Shown here: one piece after another, positions 1-12,722 of the stretch
Numbering within the stretch: position 1 is the first letter of the stretch
Layout: every line of letters begins with the position of its first letter
NCBI GenBank assembly: GCA_951406725.2
Contig: OX597816.1
Coordinates: forward strand, 140,058,001-140,122,000
Direction: 5' to 3'
Source of the DNA: Octopus vulgaris
Taxonomy: Eukaryota
Length of the DNA stretch: 64,000 nucleotides
The notes under the pieces: generated by a model
The model's database searches: none
Told to the model about the DNA's origin: nothing
Seen by the model: the letters and a program-made list of their open reading frames with translations, nothing else
Translations under genes and position numbers: made by a program

Positions 1-995
1 ATAATAATAATAAATAGATAAAAATGTCTTCGAAATGATCTTTGATACCAGCCATGAAAAACGCTTATTATTTCAGTGGAATTTGACTGTGGTTCTTTCT
101 AATCTTCCCTGACACTTCCAGTAAAATCGTCTGCTGCTAGCGTTGTGAATTAATTCAAACACTTTCATATCATCTGCCTAACTTTGGTTGCGAAGTTGCG
201 AATTAATTCAAAGAGAAAGTGAGGTCGCACGCCAACGCACATATCTGGCAGCCATAATAGTAAGACAGAATCGCGCTGTGAGCTTTTACAACCGAATGGA
301 AACATATATCCTGTAGCCTTTCACCCCTCTGACAAATCGGCTTTATGCAATCATATTAGCCATTATTTCAAAAGACCTGGAATAAGGACAGGGTCGCAAA
401 TAAATGCCAAATTCACACGATCCGCTGCCGACAGATGAATAAATAGGTTGTGTTAGCGTCATAAGAAGTAAAAAGAATAATTTCTTTTGACACGTCCTAA
501 TGTCAGAATTCTGTCATCAAAAGCAATGTTCTCAGCGCCGAATATTCGCCAAAACTCGTTTGTCTTTCTTCTGCCACTTATTTATGTTGTGTTTAGACTT
601 GATTGATTTAATCTTCTCGTTGATCCCGAGATCCTGGAAATCAATCATCAAAACACATTGAAGGATAATGCGTCCATGCACACACATGTAATTTATATAT
701 GCACACACACATCATTGACGGACACGCGCATGCGCAGACTGACACAGATACATATGTATGCGTATGTATGCACACGTGTATAACTTACAACCCTGCCGTA
801 TGTTTATATATATGCATGTATTTCTGTAAATTTATCCATAGTACTTATAAGTACAAGCTACACACACACAAGCACGCACGCACACACACACATACACATT
901 CATGCATGCATCATAGATGCACACATACACATATCAACGTATATATATATGAATATCTATATGTATGTATTTGTATGTATGTATGTTTATTTCTA

Positions 996-1085
<90 letters not shown>

Positions 1086-1090
1086 TGAGG

Positions 1091-1319
1091 GTGTGTGTGC
1101 GTGTAAACCCGCAGAACTTCTGAAGTTCGCAACTGACTTTTTCTAAACTGGGAAAATACATTACTTATGTTTCAGAAATGGTTTTAGGCTCTTAGAATTT
1201 ATCACATAATGAGTACTGGGCACCCTGGGGGCAGAAAACCCCCTTTCCTGAGTAAACAATACGAATGATCGCATAACTTGGTCGCTTGTTAATTTTCCCT
1301 CTCTCTCTCTCTTTCTCTC

Positions 1320-1406
<87 letters not shown>

Positions 1407-1573
1407 ACAGGATATGTGTGTGTGTGTAAACCCGCAGAACTTCTGAAGTTCGTAACTGATTTTCTCCAAACTGGGAACATACATTACATATGTTCCAGAA
1501 ACAGTTTTAGATTCTTAAAATATTACACATTATGAGTAATGGGGCCCCTGGGGGCAGAAAGCCCCCTTTCCTG
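1091..1573 (+). repeat. Two diverged ~160-bp direct copies (1091-1250, 1416-1573), each just after a (TA)n tract; possibly Helitron-like 5' ends
   Basis: Shared GTGTAAACCCGCAGAACTTCTGAAGTTCG...GGGGGCAGAAA.CCCCCTTTCCTG; palindrome GAACTTC-T-GAAGTTC (1114-1128); first copy follows TC(TA)nAAAACTG like the Helitron at 15176. No clear 3' CTAG end found. Confidence 0.5.
1321..1403. repeat. (TA)n microsatellite
   Basis: Direct reading. Confidence 0.98.
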
Positions 1574-1938
1574 TTGTACATTTGACTGCCCGCATGGTCC
1601 ACACATTACCTCTGTTCAAACTGGAAAAAACAGCTACTGAAATCATATATACAGGTTGTATTACATGGATGAATTGATGTAGACGCTAAACTGCGTTGTC
1701 TAAGTAGTACCAATAATAACCTGTTCCCGTAATGCCATAGATAGCAATTTGTTGGAATAAAAACCGTTTGGAACGGAGTATGAAAAATCTGCTAAAATAT
1801 GTTAAATCCAACTATTTTCTTTTAGCTTCAGTATGAAAGCTTTCCTTCTAAGCATAGATAAAGCCCATACAAATATTGATTACAAACCGAAATATCGCAT
1901 GTACATTAACCTACTAATTTATGGTGTCTAAGACCCAA

Positions 1939-2270
1939 CCACGTTAGTTAAAAACCGTGTCCTTAATGTAATATTGCATGTCCGGACGCTGCATGCAGAA
2001 CTGTTTTCGTTTGGGAGTTGTTCCTCACAATGGTTGCATGATGTTTGCGCGAAGGAGTGCACGGTTGAGCCACGACTATTAATTCCCAACCATGTCAGCA
2101 ACCCAATGTCACGTGACGCAACCACATTTTTTTTAGAGACCGTGTCTTTAATGTGACCTTGCGTGCTCGGATGCTGCATGCAGAATTGTTTTCGTTTGTG
2201 AGCTGAGTTGTTCTCACAATGGTCGCACGCTGTTTACGCGAAGGAGGCAAGACTATTGATTCCAAATCGA
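1939..2270 (+). repeat. Diverged tandem duplication, period about 185 bp
   Basis: ACCGTGTC.TTAATGT...GCTGCATGCAGAA.TGTTTTCGTTTG...CACAATGGT...CGCGAAGGAG...GACTATT occurs twice. Confidence 0.8.
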
Positions 2271-2424
2271 AATATCTCATGACAGTGTTGTTTTCAAGCG
2301 CTTCTTTATCCCACCCCACCCGGCCTTTACCACGTCATTTCTTTCATGTAGATTTCTCTCGCGTGGTGCTGTTGAGCGCGCCCAGAAGCTTAATTTATCA
2401 CATAGATGTATGTATGTATGTATG

Positions 2425-2970
2425 TATTTGGTTTGGCGCAAAATAATTGTTTTTATGCTATTCTAAAATGTGCTTATTTTAGAAAATATTTTTATTTAAC
2501 TCATGTTCATGGAATAGACATTATTGAAGTGCAAATTTTGGTCTGTTGATTTATGCCAACATTTTTGCTTTCTCCATTTATTCTTTATTTCAGGCCATTA
2601 GATTAAAGGAGGATAGTTTTATTCGAATGATTTTATTCTTTGAATTCGAAATAAAATGCAAAGCAGCAGAAACTGCTCATAACGTCAACCAATAAATCTT
2701 CAGTTCTATCTTGGGTTAAGGAATTTTGTAGCAGAGATGGCAGCCTTGAAGATAAGGAAGGTCACTGACAACAACCAAATGAGACCATTTTTGAAGCAAG
2801 ACAAGTCCAGAGGTTGCAAATGAACAAAATTTTAACCATTCAATTGTTGTTTGGAATTTTATGTACGAAAGTTTAAATGGCCGTTTCGATCTTTTATTCA
2901 ATAAAAAATGATTCCGTTTCTTGATTGCATTGTGGCATGTGACAGAAAATAGGCTCTTTACAATATCGTA
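2425..2970 (+). mobile_element. Degraded mariner (Hsmar1/SETMAR-like) transposon remnant
   Basis: Broken peptides ILFFEFEIKCKAAETAHNVNQ, DNNQMRP, NHSIVVW and PFLDCIVACDRK*ALYN resemble the mariner HTH and PFLDRIVTCDEKWILYDN motifs. Confidence 0.65.
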
Positions 2971-4686
2971 GGGTATCGTTGGTTAATCCGGCAAAGTGGC
3001 TTCTACCTTCTGATTGTTTCGTTCATTTTGTTTCGACTCCTTTTACTCCTTTTTTCTTAACTCTCCATTAGCTACCAATTACTATCATCTTCAGTGTCGT
3101 AACAAACAAATATTTGTTTCATTAGGATGTTTGAAAACATCCTTCTCATGGAGTGTCTTCGTCTACTTAACCATTTCATATCGCTGTAAAGCACAGCTTT
3201 AGAGATCCGCTATATGAACTAGGTGCCTCGTCCAACGCAACGCAACAGCTATTCCAACAAATCAGACTCAACAATAGGCATATTCGCGCGCCGCAGAACC
3301 ACTTCGTTAAATATGTCCTATCAAAAAATGTTTATTTTTTGATAGGCGGCATGACTGGCAACTTATCAGCTTTTTAATGTGCCAACGATGGCCGGTTGAT
3401 CGCGACAGAATACAGCAGATAGAAAAGTACGATAGTAAACTTGATATTTTGTTGATAGTTTTGTGTCTCGTTGTTTCCACAGTAAATCTTGAGTTCCTGG
3501 AAGCGATTGCAGCAATCTAGATGCGGCGAGCCGTCTTCACGTGCAGGCTGTTTTTATGAGAAATCACACTACCTAAATATGTAAACTTTTTACCACAGAG
3601 GCCAGGACTGTCAAAAGTTATATTCCCGGACCTCCAGGTTCAGAATAATACAAAGTTTTAGTTTTTTTGCAATAAAATGTAACTTAAAATCACTTATGTT
3701 CAATTGTCTTCATGAGGCCTAGAACATATCCTATAATTGTGATAATTTATACAGTTCCACCAGAACATAAATCTTTCCCATTTATGATATTGCATAGTGC
3801 TTTTATGACACCGCTGTTGCGATTAAAGTGACGCAATATAAATGTATGCAAAATGAATTAAAATGTTGATATTTTTCAAGTTTTAGAGTAGAATATTCGA
3901 TCAAGAAAATGTACTTCATCGCAAGAAGTATCTAACTGTGACGAGAACGTTTATTAATAGTATTTAAGGTTTCAGAAAATCTATACGAATAGAGCGTTTT
4001 GGAAAACATGCTATTCATAATTTTGTTATATACAAATAACAATAATAAAACAAAGTAAGCAATAATTTTCTGTATTTCTTTTTTAAATTTTATAATTTAA
4101 AACAAGTATTTAAAGAAAAAACTTTCCATGCGAGGTGAGCTAGTAATTTTTATTCCATTTGATCTCCAGTGCATCAAGAAATCAAAAGGATTGCGAACCA
4201 CCGGATCAATTCAATTAGAGCTAATTGCATGTTGATGAAATTATGTCAATCACTAGAAAGATTATAAGAATTAAGGAAAAAAAATGTCACTGAAAAAAAA
4301 ATTTTGACAGAAAAACTTCAATAAATGAGTGATTTAATGATTTTTTTTACTGTTGTTTCATATTTTATTTAGGGTCAATAAAACGTGTAATGATTTTACA
4401 TAAATTATGCTGTCATTTGGTAGAAGTCATGTATTGTCAGTTAATAACCGACTTAAAACATTATTTAATTATTTTAACTTTTATTTGCGATATTTAAATC
4501 AAATGCGACATTTTTCCTAGCTAAAATTGTGGCTTTTTAAAAAATATTTTACCTAAATTCATTTTTATACTTTATTGAAATATAGATATTGTGATTGTTT
4601 TTGGGCTAGATTGCACATGCTTACGTTTCAGTTAATTATAGACTATAGCTTATTATCATTTTTACCTAAAACATAAAACTAAATAT

Positions 4687-5745
4687 TTGTTACGTTTTTG
4701 TCCCCACAAGATCACAGATAGAACTTGCTTTTTATATTGTGTCCACGTACAAGCTTTTTATCTCTCTATACTTTTTATATATACTTCTTATATATTTTTA
4801 CTTATGTTTTACATATTTATAGAGATATATTTTTATATTTTTATTGCTTTATATATTTTTACACATTTTTTCTGTATTTTACCGTTCACTCTGCATTTTT
4901 CTTGTGCATGTGTGTATATAGACGTGTATATGAACTTATCGTGCGTGCATGTGTGTGTGTGTGTGTGCGGGTATGTATATATGTACATGTATATGTTTGC
5001 AAATATACGTGGGTATACATGCGAGTGCTCCACGCGAGTGTGAGTGAGAATATGCATATATAGCGTGTACGTATTTTGGACGTGCATTTGAATATAACTG
5101 TGCGCGTAAGGGTATGTCCACGTGTGTGTGTGTGTGTATGTGTGTGTGCGCGCGCGCGCGCGTGTGAACGGATATATATGTGTACATCGTGCGTGTTGTC
5201 GCGCGTGTGTGCGGGTATGTGTATATGTACATGTATATGGTTGCATATATATGTGGGTGTACATGCATGTGTTCCACATGAGTGTGAGTGAGCATATAGC
5301 ATGTGCGTATTTCTAGACGTGTATTTGAATATAACTGTGCGCGTATGGATATCTGCACGTGTGTGTGTGTGTGTGTGCGCGCCCGTGTGCGTGGATATGT
5401 ATACATGTACATGTATGGTTGCATATATATGTGCATCTATTGGCGTATGTGTGGGTACGCATGTGTGTGTTTCATGCGAGTGTAAGTGAGCATATACATA
5501 TAGGCACATGTTCGTGGGTGTGCGTGCGCGCAGGTGTGGGTATGTACATGTGCGCATACGCGATTGCTATGAGCATTTTTGCTCCTTTACTCTTTACTTC
5601 CTCCCCTTCGGTTTTTCCCTTATTTAACGGTCATTTCCATAGCACATTTTGATTGCCTCGATAACTGAAGAGATGCCGGTGCAGGTTTCCGCCCCGACAT
5701 CCGAAACTCGGAGTTTTATTATGGCAACCGAATAATTGTCACATA
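4687..5745 (+). mobile_element. Probable 3' region of a Penelope-like element: GT-rich ~237-bp internal repeats followed by a hammerhead
   Basis: TTTGAATATAACTGTGCGCGTA recurs about 237 bp apart; same layout (GT-rich tract, hammerhead, microsatellite) as the Penelope-like element at 60780-64000. Confidence 0.5.
5653..5727 (+). ncRNA. Type I hammerhead ribozyme motif
   Basis: Stem I TTGCC-tc-GATAA / TTATT-at-GGCAA; core CTGAAGA (5665-5671); stem II GATGCCGG / CCGACATC(C); GAAA (5703-5706); near-palindromic stem III ACTC-G-GAGT; cleavage triplet GUU (5713-5715). Confidence 0.8.
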
Positions 5746-5750
5746 TTACA

Positions 5751-5855
5751 TATACATACATACATACATACAAACATACATACATACATAATACATACAT
5801 ACATACATACATACATACATACATACATACATACATACATACATACATACATACA

Positions 5856-5889
<34 letters not shown>

Positions 5890-5900
5890 CATATACATAC
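5751..5900. repeat. (TACA)n microsatellite
   Basis: Direct reading. Confidence 0.98.
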
Positions 5901-5909
5901 TTATACATC

Positions 5910-6152
5910 GTTGCTATTATGCAAAAGTGTCGTAAGTCAAAAACGTTGCTTTTTCACAAAACGAAAAATAGTTTCACCATTCCATAGCCAAACCGCTGTA
6001 CTACACTTTGACAATTTTTGATACCTTGGCATCTGATGCAGCTGAAGATACGATAGTTTGACCAAAAGAAGTGGCAATTGCAAGCAAAAATAAATATTAG
6101 AAAAAACGCATTTGGCCAAATATGGACATACGGCAGTTTAACATAATAGCAA
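5910..6152. mobile_element. Small MITE with imperfect terminal inverted repeats
   Basis: TTGCTATTATGCAAAAGTGTCGTAAGTC at left versus GACATACGGCAGTTTAACATAATAGCAA at right. Confidence 0.5.
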
Positions 6153-6411
6153 ATATATATACATACATGTGTGTGTGTGTTACAGTATATAAGCTATCGC
6201 CGAACGTAGTCAGCACCGTGATATAGGTTTGCTCTAGGAGAAGATGACTTTGGTTATAGGTTTCTTTGATTAGAATTGGCCTGAGCTGAACAACAACAAT
6301 TTCTATAGCAGTGAATCTCAATATGAGTACTTGAATAAAGAGTGGAGGCAGTATGATTTTGTAGATGCATTTGTACAGCTTTTTTAGTCTTTGACTTCTA
6401 TTTAAATATTT

Positions 6412-6629
6412 CTTTCTTTATTGCCCACAGGACGGGACAAACAAGGACAGACAAAGGGATTAAGTCGATTACGTCGACCCCAGTGCGTAACTGATACTTA
6501 TTTAATCAATCCGAAAGGATAAAAGGCAAAGTCGACCTCGGTGGAATTTGAACTCAGAACGTAACAGCAGACGAAATGCAACTAAGCATTTCGCCCGGCG
6601 TGCTGTCATTTCTGCCAGCTCGCTGCCTT
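6412..6629 (-). mobile_element. SINE family B (Deu/Nin-like central domain)
   Basis: Reverse complement of GGCAGCGAGCTGGCAGAA...TTCTGAGTTCAAATTCC...GTCGACTTTGCCTTT.ATCCTTTCGG; 8 or more copies in the window. Confidence 0.85.
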
Positions 6630-6797
6630 CTGTTTAAATATTAACTTTAAAAAGAATTATGTAATACGTATTATCATAATCTTCTACAATAACAACAACG
6701 CCAGTAACAATAACAACGATAATTTCAACTTCGAAATGTGAATAAGTAAATAAGCAAAGCCATCTACACCATCTATGCTTATAGTATTTGTTTACAG

Positions 6798-7089
6798 TAG
6801 CGGTTCTTAACCTGGGGTGAGGGGCCGTTTGGGCTTTCTTGGGGGTGGAGTCACGGAGGGTTTGGGAGAAAGTAATTTATTTTATGCATTTGAGGCATTG
6901 CATTGCAGTTGTATTGCAGAGTCATGGATTGCAACTGCTGGCGATATCATGACTGTATGTGCTTTGCTCTTGCTCTGTGACTCCCATGGCGCTTTGCGTT
7001 CCAAGACCATTACAAAATTTATTATAGGGGTCACGGCAATACCCTGGAGCGTCTTAGGGGGTAAGATGTGAAAAATTATAGAACCACTG
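6798..7089. mobile_element. hAT-type MITE
   Basis: Ends TAGCGGTTCTTAACC / AGAACCACTG; 8-bp target duplication GTTTACAG / TTTTACAG (7 of 8 match). Confidence 0.7.
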
Positions 7090-8317
7090 TTTTACAGTAA
7101 CGTCATGTTATAGCAAGTAGTCACCCGTGTCAAACTAGTTCCATGAACTAAATCATTCGCACATTATAAATGGGCGGACGTTGACTCATAGCAAAACATG
7201 TTAGTAAAAAATGCAATAGTTAAAAAAAAAATCAGTTTTTAGAAGCACGGAACTGATAGAACCAACACCGATAGCAACAGCGATAATAATAATAATAACA
7301 ACAGAAACAACAAATTTGCCTTTGTAATTGTTATTGACAAATTTGTCTTTTACATGAAAAAAAAAAGTAAGAGACAGACTGGAACCAGAGACACGTGGAA
7401 TCTCATATTATTGTTGAACAAGAAAGATTTTCATGCATATGTTTAATAAATTTATTTATCCCACCAGCACGGCTTTTATTAATAATTAAAGTTGGATTTA
7501 ATTAATTACCTATGTATAATCGCAACAAAATATAGTAAGTTATATTCTTTCTCCGCCTGTTTCACGGTTTGTTGGTTTTTTCCGAACTACGGCACCTACA
7601 TCACTGAACAACCGATAAAGTATTTGTGTTTTGACCTCCCGGCAGCAAACCACCTTTCTCATAGACGCCAAAAAGTCTTGCGACTGCACTGTAAATGTAA
7701 TTGGAACAAAGAATTTAATCTTCAGTGCTTCTTCCTTTTCCTAATCTTCTTCTTCATCTCCCTCCTCCATGAAAGTGTAATCCCCAGGCACTGACCGACA
7801 TTATTTGCCTATCTTTCCGTCTCTGTCATCATCTCTTCCTCTTGTAAAGCCATTTAATTTGGAGACAGATTTTACAGTCGGAAAGATCGCCGAACACAGT
7901 TTAAATGACACCGCTGACAGAAACTATCTGCTGTTAGAATATCGTTTATATCCTTTCTTCCAAATAAATACCCAGATATTCAACGTTATATTGCGTTCTA
8001 TTAAGAGAGGACACGGTGCGAGAGAGTTGCATTAATTTATAACAAACGTGTAATCTATGTTTTCTAATTTCTGTAATTCTGTCAGTATATCTATCTACCA
8101 CTGTCTCTGTCCATATACTTCACATACGCCTATTTATAAACACACACACACACATGAAAAATATGTTTGTGTGTGTGTGTGTGTGTGTGTGCATGTTCTT
8201 TCACTAGTAAGTACTCTTTTCCCCTACCTCTTGTTTGCATGTGTGTATATGTGTGTGCGTGTGCGAGTAGTGTGTGTGTGTGTGTTTGTTTGTTTGTTTG
8301 TTTGTGTGTGTGTGCGT

Positions 8318-8453
8318 TGGTAGATTGGTAAAAGCGTTAGAATGTTGGGCGAAATACTGTGAAGAATTTGCTGCGGATCTCTTTAAGTCCGTAATTCAAA
8401 TTGTGCTAGAGTCAACTTTGACTGTCATCCTTCCGGAGTATATAAAATAAAGT
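8318..8453 (+). mobile_element. SINE family B, degraded
   Basis: GTCAACTTTGACTGTCATCCTTCCGGAGTATATAAAATAAGT. Confidence 0.7.
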
Positions 8454-8564
8454 CTAAACCCAGGATTGCAAACGTCGTTTGCTCCTGATGGTTAGCTACC
8501 GTAGGGGAAGCAATCCCGTCCAGATTGGAAGTTTTAAATTTGAATCAAAGCGACGGCAGAATAC

Positions 8565-8680
8565 GTACTTAGGCTTACAAAGAATAAGTCCTGAGATCGA
8601 TTTGCTCGACTAATGGCGGTGCTCCAGCATGGCCGCAGTCAAATGACTGAAACAGGTAAAAGAAATAAAAGAAAAAAGAA
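8565..8680 (+). mobile_element. SINE family A, 3' fragment
   Basis: GGCTTACAAAGAATAAGTCCTG...GCTCCAGCATGGCCGCAGTCAAATGACTGAAACA. Confidence 0.85.
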
Positions 8681-8682
8681 GT

Positions 8683-8743
<61 letters not shown>

Positions 8744-8754
8744 TAGATAGATAT

Positions 8755-8971
8755 TCTAGTTCTGATCAATAAGTATCCGGACTTTTGCATAGTAACGAAG
8801 CTAAAGCACGCAGAGCGAAGCCACTTGGGAAAGATTGACCTTGAACTCTGTTGTGCATGCGCACTAAGTTTTAACGTTCTAACTCACTTTCAAGTGACCA
8901 AGTGGCTTTACACTGCGTGCTTTAGCTTCGTTATTATGCCAACAGTCCGGATACTTATTGATCAGACCACG
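8755..8971. mobile_element. Tc1/mariner-type MITE with ~65-bp TIRs
   Basis: TCTGATCAATAAGTATCCGGAC...TAACGAAGCTAAAGCACGCAG inverted against CTGCGTGCTTTAGCTTCGTTA...GTCCGGATACTTATTGATCAGA; TA at the right end. Confidence 0.85.
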
Positions 8972-9071
8972 TATATATGTATATGCTTTGTGTATTTTCC
9001 TGTGGATGCAATAGCCATTATTACGCTATTGCATCCACTGGAAAATACACAAAGCATGTATATATATTTAT

Positions 9072-9474
9072 GGGTGTAGGGAGTGGCTGTGTGGTAAGTA
9101 GCTTGCTTACGAACTACATGATTCCGGGGTCAGTCCTACTGCGCGGCACCTTGGGCAAATGTCTTCAACTATTGCCTCGGGCCGACCAAAGCCTTGTAAG
9201 TGGATTTGGTAGACGGAAACTGAAAGAAGCCCATCGTATATATGTATATATATATGCATGTGTGTGTATATGTTTGTGTGTCTGTGCTTGTCCCCCCAAC
9301 ATCGCTTGACAACCGATGCTGGTGTGTTTACGTCCCCGTAACTTAGCGGTCGGCAAAAGGGGTCGATATAATAAGTACTAGGCTTACAAAGAATAAGTCC
9401 TGGGGTCGATGTACTCGACTAAAGACGGTGCTCCAGCATGGCCACAGTCAAATGACTGAAACAAGTAAAAGAGT
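9072..9474 (+). mobile_element. SINE family A (tRNA-derived head, internal microsatellite), full length
   Basis: A-box-like TGGCTGTGTGG, B-box-like GGGTCAGTCC, CORE-like CCTTGGGCAA, tail CAGTCAAATGACTGAAACAAGTAAAAGAG; more than 15 copies or fragments in the window. Confidence 0.92.
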
Positions 9475-9726
9475 TTATATATATATATATACGCGCGCAC
9501 ACACTCACACACTCTCACACACAAATGTATGTGTGTGTGTGTGTATGTATATATGTGTATGTGTCTGTATTTGTGTTTATTTCTCCATTGCTTGTTCCGT
9601 TATCTAATGGTTTGGCAAAAAACACCGATAGCGGCACCTTTGGTAAGTTATTTTACCACAATATCCCTGGAAAACCAAAGCCTTGTAAATGGAAACTAAA
9701 AGACGTCTGTTGTGTATGTGTGTGTG

Positions 9727-9807
<81 letters not shown>

Positions 9808-10474
9808 CTGTGTTTGTGCATGTGTGTGTGTGCTTGTGTGTGTGTTTACAACTTGTGTTGGCTTGTATAACGACTCTGCAAAATAACTGACAGAATAAGT
9901 ACCATATTTTAAGAAATAATTACTGGAGTCCATTTCTTCAACAAAACCCCCCAAAAACCATCAAGGCTGTGCCCCAGCATGGTCACAGTCCTATGACTGA
10001 AACAAATGAAAGACAAGCGGTAATAGATAAAATATGATGCTGGTAAGGAGCGCAGCCTAAATAAAATAGTTAAGGTGTGGTGCTGTTAAGCGTGATTAGT
10101 TAGCAGCTGCCGTGTGGCAAGTCATAAATTCATAGTTGATCCCCTTCCCAGCACCCATTTTACTTCTCACTACGATAGCCTTACACAGAAGCATTTCATG
10201 AGTGCCGCCTACAGCTGCGGCACGTCTTACAGGTCACGACAGTAAATAACTGTTCTAGGGAAAAAAGAATGTTATTCATGTCAACCTTAATGGTCTGCCC
10301 CAACATCGTCACTTCATACTTCCCGTTCTCTCTCTCCTCTCTCTCTAACTCCCTCTCTCTCCATCTCCCCCTCTCTCTCTCCATCACTCCTTCTCTCACT
10401 CACTCACTCTCGTTTTTCCTCTTTCTTTCTGTCACATACGCTCTTTGTCTCATACTCTGTATGTATATGTATAA

Positions 10475-10528
<54 letters not shown>

Positions 10529-10689
10529 ATATGCACATTCACAAAGACACTCGACACATACATATGCATGCTTGTATGCTTATATATTCGTACATAAGCA
10601 CACACACGCATGTATATACACACATATATACACACATCTGTCTCTCTCTCCCCTCTTTCTCCTTTACTCTTTCTCTCGATGCTCACACG

Positions 10690-11145
10690 TGACCATCGTC
10701 CATCTGTTTTTTCCTCACGTCATCATCTTTTTTTCCTTTCAGGGGTGTCCTAAGGACTGGACGTATTCTACCGCTCTCTTCTATCCTTTCTCTTGTTAAA
10801 GAAAATATTTCTCCAGCGTTCGCTATTTTACCGTCGTTCTGGACTAACGACCCTCCATGTTTATTTTCGTTCGGTTTCCTTGTATTTCTCCACTGTCCTG
10901 TTTGTGTTCCCAATTTTGACCATCCATAAATCCCAAATTTTATTTTGGTACTTATGGGAGCAACTGTCTTCGAAGACTCATATTGTTGTTCAATGCTCGA
11001 AATGACAGGCGACAACTGATGAAGGGTCGTTCTTTATGTTACTTGTCCTGTTTTCCATTTGTTTCTCTCGTTGTTTTCGTATTTCATGTTGTTTACTATT
11101 GGTGACGTTCTATACCCATAAATGCATGTGCATATGTGTGTATGC

Positions 11146-11150
<5 letters not shown>
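10690..11150 (+). mobile_element. Non-coding repeat related to the element at 15943-17042, carrying a permuted hammerhead
   Basis: Shares ordered blocks TCTTCGAAGA, TCGAAA, ACTGA.GAAGGG, CTTGTCCTGTT, TTGGTG...CATA.ATGC.TGT with 16760-17000; boundaries approximate. Confidence 0.65.
10978..11027 (+). ncRNA. Non-circularly permuted hammerhead ribozyme motif
   Basis: TCAT-A-TTGTTG (10978-10988), GCTC-GAA-ATGA (10995-11005), CGACAA-CTGATGA-A-GGGT (11010-11027); stems III, I and II all pair; triplet AUA. Confidence 0.7.
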
Positions 11151-11208
<58 letters not shown>

Positions 11209-11274
11209 CATATATATTATTTATATTATTATGTGACTGAACGCCACGCATCCATTTCCAAGTAAGTATATATA

Positions 11275-11881
11275 TCTATACATATAAATTTGACATGGGC
11301 GATTCTTTCTTGTCTTGGGATTCACGGTCAAACGACTGGGTGGATTGCGCGAAAAATTACACAGATGTGTAAAATGATCCGGTGGTGATGCTGGGCTTTG
11401 TGTTTTTTCATAACTCCCATCGTTACCGAGATAGTCTACTATGATAATACTCTTGTGTTTATAAATGAGAAAGGAAGGGATGATAGATGAATAAGGAAAG
11501 AAGGGGTGATGTCATACTCGGTAGTGGGATGATGAAAATTGTACGCTGGAAAAATAAATCGAACAGCTTTTCAACTCTGTGTGAATATAAGTGTATGTAT
11601 GTAAAAGGGAGGTATGTGAATGTGTGTGTACGTGTGCACGCGCAATGGAAGTGGTATGGTTCATCTTTGTTCGCTTAGTATTTGGATTCATTTTTTTTGG
11701 TTGAATCTTGGTTAGTTTTTTTTTTTTTGTTGGTCAATTATTTTTAGTGTTTTGACAGAAAAACGTAATTCTAAAATTGTTTTTTAACGTAAGCGTATCC
11801 AAACAAGTCGAATGCTTACACAGAACAGGTTTTACAGCCACATCATCCAAACCGACCGGGTGAAACCGGGCTTAGCTGCTA

Positions 11882-11882
<1 letters not shown>
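11275..11882 (+). mobile_element. Non-autonomous Helitron
   Basis: 5' A|TCTATACATATAAA; 3' GC-rich hairpin CCGG-GTGAAA-CCGG then CTAG|T; no TSD. Confidence 0.8.
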
Positions 11883-11933
<51 letters not shown>

Positions 11934-12395
11934 CTAACAAATTCCCTTTTAGTTTAGACGTAGTTTCCCTCTACAACTCTGTACCCGCTCTCCCGGCCGT
12001 TGATATCCTCATAGACCACATCACGTCCTTATCTCCCCCCACATTTCTTTGCCCGCCACCACCCCTCTGCAACCTCTTCATCCTCATCTTCTCCCACCTC
12101 CCCAGTCATGTACCTGTTTGCTTGAAGAAAGAATAAAACTCTCCAAAACCATGTATCTCTGACTACATATAAACACGCACAGAGAATGTAGCAAGTATAT
12201 TTGTATATTTAGGAAAACGGTTCCTCCGGTTTGTAAATCTATAAAAAAAGAAAAAAAAACAGCATGGTACATATCCCAGTATCGTATGATTTCACTTTCT
12301 GTGTCGAATTGACTCTTAAAGCTCTTCAGTTAGGCAGGCTTACTTCGAAAACTATTTTAAAAAATATATTTACTTTTCCGTATGTATATATATAT

Positions 12396-12678
12396 CACGT
12401 GATCACGTGACCGACCAGACCATCAGATGTTGTTACACATCGCTGGTCACAATGCGTTCGCATTGCTTTAGCCTTCGAATGACGCCACCCCGCTGGCTAA
12501 GCGAGCAGGCCAACAGAAGAAAGAGTACAGCAGGGATCACCACCCCCTGCCGGAGCCTCGTAGAGCTTTTAAGGTGTTTTCGCTCAATAAACACTCACAA
12601 CGCCCGGTCTGGGAATCGAAACCGCGATCCTACGACCGCTAGTTCGCTGCCCTAACCACTGGGCCATTGCGCCTCCAC
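12396..12678 (-). mobile_element. SINE family C (tRNA-derived head)
   Basis: Minus strand begins GGAGGCGCAATGGCCCAGTGGTTAGGGCAGCG...GGTTTCGATTCCCAGACC; tail ends in CACGTGAT repeats. Confidence 0.85.
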
Positions 12679-12681
12679 ATG

Positions 12682-12719
<38 letters not shown>

Positions 12720-12722
<3 letters not shown>

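Noticed and set aside
699-1484. ORFs rich in HT, YI, CV and MYVC repeats here and throughout the window
   Set aside because: Translations of (CA)n, (TA)n and (TACA)n microsatellites, which lack stops in some frames.
12105-12275. Possible type I hammerhead (TTGAAGA ... AAAACCATG ... CATGGTA)
   Set aside because: G12 is missing, the core is altered and stem I is weak; at best a decayed relic.
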